64,000 nt of DNA from Felis catus (taxonomy: Eukaryota). This document shows positions 36,461 to 48,595 of this stretch, in pieces. The notes under the pieces were generated by a model that was given only the letters and a program-made list of their open reading frames with translations, was not told where the DNA came from and made no database searches. The stretch lies in contig NC_058383.1 in NCBI RefSeq assembly GCF_018350175.1, positions 23,252,001-23,316,000 on the forward strand. The letters run 5' to 3'. Position numbers and translations under genes: made by a program. Within the stretch, counting starts at the first letter, position 1. The number at the start of each line of letters is the position of its first letter.

Positions 36461-38389
36461 AAGAAAGAAAACTTCACTGATCCAATATCAGAATTGGGAA
36501 AGAAGGAAAAAAGGAAATAAAGTGAACAAAATAAATGACAGAAAAAGTCCAAGTATGTTGATAATCAGAACACACATAAACATGTAAATCCTCTTACTGA
36601 AAGATGATTATCAGACTACAAATACAAAAGCCAGCCAAGTTCTATTCACCCAGAAACACATCTGAAGTAAGATGGCACTAAAAGTATGAAGGGAACCCAG
36701 AATAAGCATCCTGAATCCCTAACCATCTCTTTTAAAAAGAAAAATCTCCAAAAGTAGAAACAGTCAGCCAAAATTTTCAGAAATATGTTTTTCACCTTGC
36801 TCCTTTTTGTACTTGAACAGCACATCTTGACAACTTCCCGTACGGGCATGTATTTTTCTTTATCTGCTATGTTGAATTCCACCATGTGGCTGTATCTTTA
36901 TTTGCGTGTTTTCTTACTTCCTTACTTTATAGATGGCTTATCATCAGAAAAGTGCAAGGATTTGTATGCTGGGGACATTGATGACTGTAACAGAGGTCAG
37001 ACATCTTCATATGCAGTATCATCATCATTTTTTAAATAGGTTAATAGGATTTACCAAAGCTGAGTGTGGAAGAGCCCAAATAGACCGGTAGCCATGGGAA
37101 AATGGTAAAGTCAAGAAATGTAAAGCTACGTTTCCCTCAGGGGCTGGCACCGAGTGAGGGATGCTGGAGGGGTGGGTACCTCGAACGTGCCGTGCGCATG
37201 CCCTGTGCTCCACTGTGGTTTATGCACAATCCCTCCCCACTCCGCCCTCCCCAACACTGTGTTCATTTACTTCCTGGTCACGCCCCACCTGTGACCTCCT
37301 TCTCTAGCTATTCCAGCTCCTGAGTTATTGCAGCCACTTCCATGAATTCAATTACCACCCACAGGCTGGCAATGCTCACACTTTTTTGCTCCAGCCCAGG
37401 TAGCTTCACTATAGCCACCCAAGTAGCGTCTTAGTCACTTAAGGAAAAGAAACCCATTCAAACCAAGCCCAGCAGAAAGTGGGGTTTGGGGAAGGATGGG
37501 GGGAGCCTTGTGGCTTTCATGGCTGCTCTCTGTTGTAGGCACGGTCTCTGTGTCCAATTTCAGACGCCATGGGAAAAGAAAACACGACCGGGTGACCACC
37601 TTTAGCAGTGTGGGGCTCTGGGAAGCATGGGTTCTTTATCAACTACCAGGAAGAGAGAAATGTGGGCACATCCAGTCCAGGGTGCTCTTTCCCAGCCAGA
37701 TCCAGAGACACTCTGGCTCGAGAGGGTGCATTTGAGAGCTTTTTGTCCCTGCTGGCTTGGCTGGGGTGGAGGGTAGGGTGAGCAAGGGGAAGCTTCTAGC
37801 TCAGTCCTTAGGCTGTCTGGTAGTCAGGAGGTCAGACATGCTGTCAGTACCTTGTAAATTGTTTTGTTTGAGGGGGAATCCTTGGATTCTTCTTCCAATT
37901 GGGGTTTGTGACCCATTTTTCCCCGTGCTGCATCCCCCCCCAACTGTCCCTGGGACCCCAGCCAGGTCTGCTATCCACCAGCAGGCACTCAGATTATGAG
38001 ACGCACTTCCCACTGCCGCTTGCCACAGTCCTGACCTCAGACCCTCAGGGCAAAGCCTGGCTGGACGTCTGTGTTGGCCACGGCGGCCCCAGACCTCAAC
38101 GGATGCTTCCCAACCTTGGCTTCAGATCCTAGCATCGTTTGGGGATGGTGGGGGTGGGGGGATGGTGCTGGGATGGGTAGGACTTGAAAGGCCACCCACA
38201 TCCCTTCCGTCATAGTCAGGATGGAAGTGAAGGAGGCCAGTGAACTCCAAACCTGTGGGAACAGGATTGCTTTCTGGTAACCGGGATTCGGCGTACAGGA
38301 TGCCCATCAGCGGTGGAGCTCTACAATCCCGGGTGTTTTTTTTTTTTTAAATAAAGTTTTGCTTTATCTTTGAAAAGTATTACACGGTT

Positions 38390-38690
38390 AAACAGACTTT
38401 TTACTGGTGTTCGGCTCTATGAATTTTAACACGTGTATAGATTCACATGACTACCGCCACAATCAGGATACAGAACAGTCCTGTCACACACCCCCACCCC
38501 CCAAAAAAATCCCCTTATCTGCTTCTTTATAATCAAACCCTCCCCCTGCCCTAAACCCTGGCAACTACTGATTTGTTCTCTATCACTGCAGTTTCGTCTG
38601 TTTGAGAGTGTCATATAAATGGAATCATACAGTACCTAACCTTTCTTTCACTGGGCATAATGCCTTTGACATTCATCCAAATCACAGTTT
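38390..38690 (-). mobile_element. L1M 3' end relic
   Basis: ccctggcaactactgatttgttctct...tcatataaatggaatcatacagta. Confidence 0.8.
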
Positions 38691-41600
38691 TTTAAAGGAA
38701 CCACAGATAAAGGTTTTACATAGGTCGTTTCAACTGGAATTGTAAGGAAAGTTTGGGTTAGCCCTCGGGTAATGCAGTAGGAAGAAGGTATTGGAACTTA
38801 CCAAACCTAGAGTCCAGATAAAATTATACCAAACCCATCCGGGGAGGTGGGGAGGGGGGGACAAAAAATCTAAAAATACTGCAGAGCTGAATCTTTTCCT
38901 CCAGTTCTTCACGTCTCCATTCGCTTTTCCCATGATGCCCCATCAATTTGCAATTAAAATTGGAATCACAGCTTTTTAAACCACCCAGACTTCGTAATGT
39001 CAGCCAGTCCCTCCCAAGCTGTTGATGGACCATGACAAGCAAGTATGATAAAATAATACAGCGCCATCAAAGCAAGAGGGATCTAAGTGGGTCGGCCAGC
39101 ATGTCCCAATGTGTGCAATATGTACCACCAGCTGAAAGAGAAAGATGTAGGCGGCCCACGGACACGACTTGAAATGCCACCTAATCACATCATTAGAAAA
39201 TAATGATCTTTCCTTTTCCTTTCTATTCAAATCTCCTGATTACACCAGGGAGAGAGTCTTAGTTAGGTGCTAAAATGTTGTTAACACCTCTCTAAGGGGC
39301 TTCTTCCTCTCTCTCATCCTCAGAAAGCGGGAGGCTGCCTGATGCCGTGTGCCTAAGGCCGTTGGTGGCACAGGCAACCGTCTGGGCTGGAACTGAATTG
39401 TGTTGTTTGGTTTTTACCACATTTGTGTTTATGACAATTTTCTGTGCCAGGCAAGTAGGGATTCTCATGTCGGATGATGATAGGAAGTTTCACGTTTCAG
39501 TAAATATGTTAAAGCACAAGTTATGAGTGGACTTTAAGGTCATGTGAAGTAAATTAAAATATCTGTAGACACATCCAAAAATAAACCGTGAAGATGGTAC
39601 CCAAATGCCTGAAGGTTGGGAGGAGATGTGTGGTCAGATTTCAGATAGAGCTCTGAGGACCCGATGGCTGAGGAGACTCGTGGACAGGACTGCCCCACAG
39701 GCACGACAAAGCCTGCTCTCCCACCTCCAGCTCATGCCTCCGGGCTCTCAGTACTGACCGTACACCCATCCCAATGGATGTCCCTTCTCATCAAGGCTTT
39801 GCTTGGCTTTAAAGGGAGTCGTGCCCGGTTCTGACACACCTGGTTCTCCTGAGGGGTGGATGCCTTCTGGGCTCCATCATGATCTCTGGCCCCAGGCTCC
39901 TCTGCACCCCCATCCCCGTGTTCGTCTGTTGTTCTGAAGGTGCCAACTACTGATCAAGGCTGAACAAAAATTCTTCATGTCCACCCCTGGCCATCCCTTA
40001 GCCTCCCCCTATTAGCAAGATTCACTCTCCCGGTTGGACTTCTGTCTACACCAAACCACCGAATCAGAGAGGCAGTCACCTTCTGTGCAAGCAAGGTCAT
40101 CTCTAGAGCACGGACCTCTGAGCTTCCCTTCCCCATCCAGTCACGAAAGCCAGAAGAAGCGCGCACAAGGATGGAGAGCCCCGAGCTGTTGTAAATGGCA
40201 CTGTGCGCTGGGGGGCAGTGACCCAGCTGCACAGAGTGGTCTGGGACAGGGATGGTGTCACAAACTCAACATCCTCCAGGGACTCGGATGACAACGAGTG
40301 TTGGGGATTGCGGGCTCCCTCCCTGGGGGCCGGTTCTAGAAGCACATGTGTTTCTCCAACCATGGGTCATCCTGGTTCTAGATTCTTCTCCTCCCTCTTG
40401 GTCCAACTGATAAGACCCCAGCTTTCCTCACCTTGACAAAGGTCCATGTTAGGCCTCTTGTCTTCCAGTCATGCCCATCAGCTTACCTCCTCCAGGCAGA
40501 ATCCAGGAAGGGGGATCACAAGACTAATAAAATCTAATGCGTACTTACAACATGGAATCACTACAACAATCCGGGAAGGACGAACACACACAACAGCCAC
40601 ATCTTGCATAGGAGGAAGCAAAGCTTAGGAAGGCGGCAACTTATCCCTCAGCTAATATGTGCCAGAGGCAAGACTGGAAAAGCAGTAGTGCCTGTTTCCA
40701 CGACCCAGCCCATCAAAGTCAAGATAGGACAGTTACACAGGTAACATCCAGCCCACAGACATGTTCAGTTTGGTCCACAGCTGTTCTATAGAAGTTGTGA
40801 ATCAGTAAGTCACAATTATAAATTGAGATTCGCTTTTTTTAAAAAGTGCCATATTTCAAGCTTTGTTCTAAAAAAGGGAAAACCTAGAAGATCTGGCAAT
40901 ACGGAGATGGCAAAAAAAAAAAAATCTGTTGGGTTTAACTAGTGGCTGTCCCCTCCAAATGGGACAAGCGCCCTCTCTAACTGGGACTTGCCCTTATTGC
41001 CCCTTCTCTTTCTTTACTGCCCCACAGCCAACTTCATTCACTCACGTGTGTGCCTACAGCGTCCCTGGAGGATGCTGAGTTTGGGACGCCACCCCTATCC
41101 CAACCAGCTCCTCCGCAAGATACAAGGTCTGGGCAGCTCGGTCACTGTTCCTGTTCATAGGGCCATATTCAGACCAGCTCTGAGCTCACCATGCTTTCAC
41201 ACACTTCCCGGCCATCAGCCACCCGGATCGGGTAGAGGTGCTCAAGGGTTCATGTGTGGGAGACGACCTTGCTGGCACACTCGTCATTTGAACAATGTCC
41301 AAATTCGAGTGCCTGTGAAAATGGCTTTGACTTAAGTACCTCCTAGAGCCATTTGTGCCCATCTCCTCTTCTTCATCCTCGGCAGGAAAGAACAACCGAA
41401 TTCAGTCAAGCCCTTCCCCTCCCGGAGAAATGACAGACAGACGGCGATGCGGACAAGTTGCCCAAGGATTTCTGGTTAATGGAGAGGTCTGTGCTAGAGA
41501 AAATACCAGAACAGGGGCCTACAGTAGGGATTTTGCCACCACAGAGCTTTGCAGTGACTTAACTCATTTTTCACGGAATTAATAATTCAGATCCCCCACT

Positions 41601-43303
41601 GCTTCAGCCAGAAGTGGCCATAAACTGCAGAGAGTTTAACCAACCACTTCTGAAAATGGGGATTGATCCTGGGAAATGCTGGCTCCGCTTTAAGCCATCT
41701 CGCTTGAGCAAAATGAAAGCCGTTAGGTGATTTCATATCTTCATTAAAACCATCAAAGCAGAAACACTTGCAAAGAGGCTGCCAGTGCAGAGCACGTCTC
41801 CCCACGCTCCGGCAGCTTTGGGGAAGTCGGAGAGATTCAGATCCCGATTACCCTGCAGGCAGGTGTTACGGTGTTCGGTTCGATGTGAAGGGCCCCACAC
41901 ACGTAAGTCCCCTAGATCTAGCAATGCCATTGAGGCAGCTGCCTTGCCGTGCACATTGATGAGGCTGGAATGAGAGTGACAAACTGGGCGACACGCATAC
42001 CTTTTCTGGGTTGGAGCAAAGCTAATTCAACCTTCAAAGGATCTCAAGCGGTTACTTAAGAACGCTGCAGGTGTCAAAAGGGCCTCAAGGGCCCGCAGAG
42101 AGAGGGAGAAGGACTGTGCCATCCCCCACCTCACTACAGCAGAACATGACTTTCCGGTCTTTGGACAGTTCAAGGACACCTGCAGATAGACATGTGGTCA
42201 GTCAAGCCAGGGGCTGTACTAGGAAGCATGTTAGGGTCCAGCCCCAGCATGTCACTTGTCAGGGCCTGAAAGAGAGCAAGCCCTTAGTGGGTGTCATCAA
42301 TAGGAGCAGCAGCACCACCCTGTTGACTCCCCACCCTCACACCTTGCCACCGCGAAATCCCTCAGCAAATTCTGCAAATGTACTTCCAGGATGTAGCCAG
42401 CGTCTGAAACAGATGTCTTTGAGTAGGTGACATTTGAGCTGGAACCTGCATGATGAGAAGCAGCCAGATCTAGGATACAGCAAATGCCAACACCCTACAG
42501 CTTAGGCATCAGCTCCCCCAAATGTCTCTCTAACCCACGCTGCGTGAGGCCCCCTCCTCCGTGATCCCACAGTGCTGGGAGCACCCTCTCTCTCTGTGTC
42601 TCCAAGTCTTGCTACTGGACGTGTGTGCCCTTCAGCTCTTTAAAGGGGATCCTACTTCTCGTCTGCACTTTTCCAGGGCTCGGCAGAGCAGCTGGCATAT
42701 AGTAGATGGCCAATAAAGGTGTGTGGGACTGAGATCAGAAGTGCAGTCGTGGAATGAATGGATTCAGAAACAACATTCCTTCGGCCACTCCCTTTGAAAA
42801 TCCTCTCTGCCCACGGAGACCCAGATAACATATTGCCTCCTCCAGGAAGCCTTCCAAAATTCTCCCAAGTGGATCTCATTTCCTTTCTGTAGTGCTAGAG
42901 CTCTGCCTGGATGTCTATTATGGTATCTCTCAGCATCTGATTTTCCATGAGCATCTCAAAATCGGATCACACTGTGAACAGCCCCGTGACAAGACCTGTG
43001 TCCTATTTACCTCTAGGCCCTCAGCACCTGGTTCCATACAGATATGATGAAAAAGAATTAATAACTAATAATGACAGGTAACACTTGTTGGACACCTTCC
43101 ACAGGCCAGAAATCTGAGTACTTGTGCATGTTATCACTCATTCGATCCTCAAGGCAAGCTTGAGGGTTAAGGCACAGGGCTCGTCCCAGTGTGCCAATGG
43201 AACTGAGACACAGAGAAGCCGCTGGCTGCTGGACACAAACCTGGCAGGTGGTGCAAGTGAGGAGATTCCAACCCATTCATTCTGATTCCAGAGCCAAGCT
43301 TTT

Positions 43304-43500
43304 TTCATTTTTTTTAAAATGTTTATTTAATTTTGAGAGAGCGAGTGGGGAGGGGCAGAGAGAGGGAGACACAGAATCTGAAGCGGGCTCCAGGCTCTGA
43401 GCTGTCAGCACAAGGCCCGATGCAGTGCTAGAACTCATGGACCGCGAGATCATGACCTGAGCCGAAGATGCTTAACCCACTGAGCCCCCTGGGCGCCTCC
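43304..43500 (-). mobile_element. SINEC inserted into a MIR (MIR ~43070-43525)
   Basis: 15-bp TSD cagagccaagctttt at 43289-43303 and 43501-43515. Confidence 0.93.
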
Positions 43501-44754
43501 CAGAGCCAAGCTTTTAATCACTGCGCTGAAGCTGCCTGCCCTGGTGCTTTCTGCCTCCTTACCCCCATTTTGAGGTCATCTCGTCCATGCCTTTTGAATC
43601 TGGGCTGTCCTCCTCCTTCCAATAAGATGCGTCTGTCCATCCCTCCCCCTCACCCCACAAGAAGCCCCACTCTCCCAAGAGCCATCGCGGCAATGCCCTG
43701 CTCACCTCTCCCCAGCCTCAGGGTGGGTGCGGGTCTCCTTCGCCCAGCCATGAGCACCGAGACCAGGAGGTGCCCTGAGTTTGCAGAAAGGTGCCTCTTC
43801 ATCAGCATTGACGGCTACCTACCCAACTGAAGGCAAGCTCAGGGTGCCCCGCTGTCAAAGACACCCTCTAAACGGCTGCTGCTGGGTATTGTTACATCCA
43901 GGGACAATAAGTCCCAGGGACAATTTTCCCCTGTGGAGCTCCCTCTACGGAGCTGAGAAAGCAAAAGTGACACCTTGCCCTAGGTTGAAGCCTCACGTCA
44001 TGCATCACAGAGTAGAAGAAAAGGGACTTTGCATCCTGAAATTTTAAAAAGACACCTTGTCTTGCATGAGCATCAAAATTTAAAAAAAAAAGGCTTGAGA
44101 CCCATTGCCATAAACTGCCATAGATTGCTGAGTCTCTAGTGGAAACAACTTGACATCTGATTTTTGCAACACTGACGCCTGCAGATATGGATGCAATGAC
44201 CCATGTAGATCTGATCATTTTTCCACCCATGGGAATAATGAAGAAACCAATGGCAACTTTGGGGGGGGTCCTTTAAATACCTGCTACACCTTTTATTCTG
44301 GGAACGCTGTTCTCCTGAAGTCTAGACTCCCTTGTAAATATTGCTTGTTGAAATAGTTCTCTGAAGCCTCTTGTTTGTCCTGAGTCTTCCATTGGCTTGT
44401 CTCTTCCAATCATTAACACATCAAAGCAATCTGAAAGCTAGAAACCTCTCAGGATTTACTTAAGGTGGATTTTCTGCAAATTCTAGCAGGGTTTCCCCAG
44501 ATGTCGGATATGTGGCCCATCTCCATAATCTGGGGGTACTCCACCAACCTACCCAAGATCACTGGGTAGTTATTATTTATTAAATATTTACTAAATACCA
44601 CTGAATATTTCTCACAGTGAGAAAATCTGTATCTTTTCCATTTCATTTCCATTTCTCCTCTCTCCTACATCGAGGAGAAAGAAAAGTCTCATGCTGCAAT
44701 TAATATTTCTCTAGCTGTTCTTAGTGGTATCTCCAGTACTCTCTTTCAAACTTA

Positions 44755-44969
44755 ATTTTTTTTAATGTCTTATTTATTCTTAAGAGAGAGAGAGAGACAG
44801 AGCAGCAGCAGGTGAGCGGCAGAGCGAGAGAGGGACACAGAATCTGAAGCAGGCTCCAGGCTCTGAGCTGTCAGCACAGAGCCCCATGCAGGGCTTGAAC
44901 TCATAGACTGCGAGATCATGACCTGAGCCGAAGTCAGACACTTAACCCACTGAGCCCCCCAGGCGCCCC
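44755..44969 (-). mobile_element. Can-SINE (SINEC)
   Basis: TSD-like tccagtactctctttcaaac / tccagtacccacttttaaac. Confidence 0.93.
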
Positions 44970-46908
44970 TCCAGTACCCACTTTTAAACAAAGACTGATT
45001 AGGCTGCAGGATTGGAACGGTCCAGCCACCTTAGGAAGCAAAACTTCAACTGCACTCTTTTGTTTGCAGTCTATGTATTTTTACGATTCCTTTCTAATGA
45101 TGGCAAAGTGGGGCTGGTTTTCCACATAGGGCGGTTTTCAAATGAAGTCGTTTTAAGAAAATATGTGTGTTCCCACTCTATTTGCATATTGTGCGTTAGG
45201 CGGACAAATGAGCAGCACACATCTAGGACACACAACAGTGGATGCCTGTGGTAACCCTGGGAAGGGGAACCACATGGCACACAAACAGGGGTGAGAAGGA
45301 GGGGAATACTTCTCATGGGACAGCCTTGATCACTTTTCAAGTTTGCATTATGTGAACATATTCTCTATTCCAAAATATATGCACTGGAGAAAAAAAAACA
45401 AGCCCAGCTCTTTATGAAAAAATTCTAATTTTTAAGTGTGGAAACTTAAAATATTAAGAAAATAAGAGCAGAGGCCGTGCCAGAATTTGGCAAATGTCAT
45501 GAAGGGGGTTCGAGAATGCCTGGAGCCTGGAAATCGCCACCCTCAGAGAATGAGAGAGCGATGCTACCCCTCAGAAGTGGCAAGGAGGGGGTCCCCGGCC
45601 TCCACCCCGAGCGGACACTCATGGGAGCTGGTGGCCATGGGCGCAGAGCCTCTGATTCCAAAGCTCGGGAGGACACTCCCCCAGTGGACTTGCACCCAGG
45701 AGACCACGTGATGCTCAAGCCGCAGATAACCCAACCAGTACCATTGGCCCACGCGCCTTGAAGAACCTGCTCGGTAATGACCCCTCACCCCTCTCCCTCT
45801 GCTGTTATCCTGCTGAGAAAGCCCCCCCATGAATGCAGGACTGAGCCAACAGGCCAGCTGCGTAGCCTGACAGGCAGCAATTACCTCTGAAATGCTAAGT
45901 TATTTCCACTCACTGGTGGCTTTTACCCACCTCATCAAGCTGCCCATGGACTACAAAGCACTGCAGCCCATTAGGAGAACAAAGTGGCAGCAAGAGCTGG
46001 CCTACAGCAGCCTGGCACTGAGCCTGGCAAATGGTAGGCGTTTGACAAATAAATGGATTAACCCGCCCGGGGTTAGCTCTGGAGGAGACGTTGAGTCCCA
46101 TAGGCTTAGACCAGCTGTGACCTTTCAGCCCTTCCGGCCTGACTCACAGGCTGTGGGCTTGTCTACCCGCTCCCCCTGCTGCCAAGCCCTCTGCGCATAG
46201 ACGGCCTCCCCTCCGAGTCCTCCTCCGGGGGACCCCGATCAATGGGGAGCTGTGTGCTTCCACCCCCGCCCCGCCCCCTCCGTCACTCAGTCATTCAGGG
46301 CTGATTCATGGAGGTCTGACCAAAGGGAAAGAAGTTGTCCTATAACCCTGCACGCCAGATGCACGGAACATTAGCAGGCATGCAGGTAATTGCACCTGTG
46401 GGACACTGCCTTTGCCTTGAGCCTGTTAGGGACTCTCAGGACGTGCCTCCAAATATCCGGGTGGTCCAGCAGCCCACGAAGAACGTGCCCACCACATCAT
46501 CTTATTAACTCCCTGTGGGAATCAGTCCGCACTTTCTCTCATTTTGGGATGGGTGCTTTCAGGGAGATGGCATGGGTAACATAGATCCAAGATGGGTGCG
46601 GCTCCTTGGCCAATCAGAAGAGGCCCCTGACGGCTGCAGAAACAGCAATCTGGGGCTCCCTCCAGGGCCCGGCATTTGCCACCTAGTCTCAGGCTCTTCA
46701 GAAGGTCTAGTGGGTCCCCACGGCAGAAGGCACCTCTGGGGGAAAGAGTTTCCATCGAACATGGAAACATGATACCTCATTGAATCTAAGACCCCATCAA
46801 TCATCAAATATCCTCATTCAGAGATGTTAAAATGTGGGGGGAAAGTGTGCTCTTACAACCTTTGATAAATGGTATTTTCGCATTTTCGCATCCCAAACAG
46901 CCTTAACA

Positions 46909-47170
46909 GGGGCGCCTGAGTGGCTCAGTCAGGCCATCCAACAGGGGCTCAGTCAGCCTTAACAGGGGCGCCTGAGTCAGTGCTCAGTCAGTTGAGCATC
47001 CAGTTCTTGATTTTGGCTCAGGTCATGATCTCACATCGTGGGATCGAGCCCTGCATCGGGCTCTGTGCAGACACTGCGGGGCCTACTTGGGATCCTCTCT
47101 CTCTACCTCTTCCCCACTTGTGCTCTATCTCTCGCTCTCTCAAAATAAATAAATAAAAACTAAACAAAAC
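46909..47170 (+). mobile_element. SINEC with rearranged, duplicated 5' head
   Basis: Two copies of cagccttaacaggggcgcctgagt precede the body. Confidence 0.88.
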
Positions 47171-47674
47171 CCCAAAGCAGGCTTAATAATGTGTGACAGC
47201 TGGAAAGCACCAGGGCTGTTAGAGTCTTTTCCCCCCTAAAGAGCCACATACCAGAGACCGTGGGGACAGCCCGCTCCAGGGCGAGCTCTCCCACCGTCCC
47301 TGTAAGCTCTAGGGGCAAGCGAAGCCAGCTCTTCAAAACCTCTCTTTGAGCAATGACAGTTCTGCCTGCCCATCCCGAATGTTCCTTGGTGCCTGACAAC
47401 TGTAGGCGCGCTAGAACTAACTATTACATCTCCAGTGTGCTGCAAGGCTGACAGCCAGCACACCATGGACGCTGGATTTATGGACTCAAGGGTTTCATTT
47501 AACCAGCGCATATGACATCCTCCTGGACCGAGGCAGGAAAACTCCTTTGAAGACATGTGTCTGCACAGACACTGCAATTGTGCGTGCAAGGGCACGTCTG
47601 TGGAGTGTGCAAGGGCATACATCTGCGCACACCTGACAAGTGTGGAACGGTCCATGTCAGGTATTGCTTAGGGG

Positions 47675-47838
47675 TTTTTTTTTTTATATGTTTATTTATT
47701 GATTTTTCACAGAGACAGCACTAGCTGGGGAGGGACAGAGAGAGAAGGAGAGAGAGAGAATCCCAAGCAGTCTGCATGCCTGCCAGCGCACAGCCCGATG
47801 CGGGACTCGAACTCACAAAGCCGTGAGACCATGACCTG
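47675..47838 (-). mobile_element. 5'-truncated SINEC
   Basis: Body stops at catgacctga. Confidence 0.85.
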
Positions 47839-48523
47839 AAGGTGCTGCTCAGTTTGTTGCAGACAGCAGAGTCTTCTGCACTAACCGCTCCCCTCGCCTT
47901 CTGTTTGCTCTGCTGTTAGAATTTGATTTCTTGATTGAAATGACCTGGAACCAGCGACAGACCTTATTCTCTGCTTTTGATACTCTTTCTTCTCTGGACC
48001 GTCGCCTCTGGGGCCAATGTCTACTCTGACTTACACCATCCCAACAACACCATGGACGCTGAACAAATAATCCAAGTTGTGAAGTCTAAAGTTTACCCAA
48101 CAGGCTTATCTATCATAATGTTGTCACCTGAGCACAGAGTCAATTATCATGTGTTAACCTGCTCTTGTTGGCATTTCAGTGCATTTAGAGAAGATCCGCT
48201 CTCTCCTCATCCCCCACCCTCAGCCCCCTGCCGTCCCTGAAAACTAGCAAAATCAAGAACACTTAGGACAAAACTCAGCTTCCTCTAAGACCCTAAAAAC
48301 TACCAGACAACGCACAGTTTTTATCGCTTTACGAAAGATGAACACCTGGACTGTTCTGCCTTACACCCAACCCTTGCTAAATCATAGCACCCCAAATACA
48401 ATCTTCAATTTTCACATGGTCCGTCTTGAGTTTCACAAGACTGGAAAGCAGGTCAGACATCAGTCCCATTTTAAAGGTGAGCAAACGGACACCCAGACGT
48501 GTGAAGTGACTTTTTACCAATGC

Positions 48524-48595
48524 GGAAGGAAGGAAGGAAGGAAGGAAGGAAGGAAGGAAGGAAGGAAGGAAGGAAGGAAGGAAGGAAGGAAGGAA
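48524..48595 (+). repeat. (GGAA)18 microsatellite within a MIR relic
   Basis: Perfect 72-nt run. Confidence 0.97.

Noticed and set aside
47460..48061. 15-mer acaccatggacgctg repeated at 47460-47474 and 48047-48061, loosely REST/NRSE-like
   Set aside because: It does not match the full NRSE spacing (TCAGCACC-nn-GGACAG), and one 15-mer repeat in 64 kb is compatible with chance.
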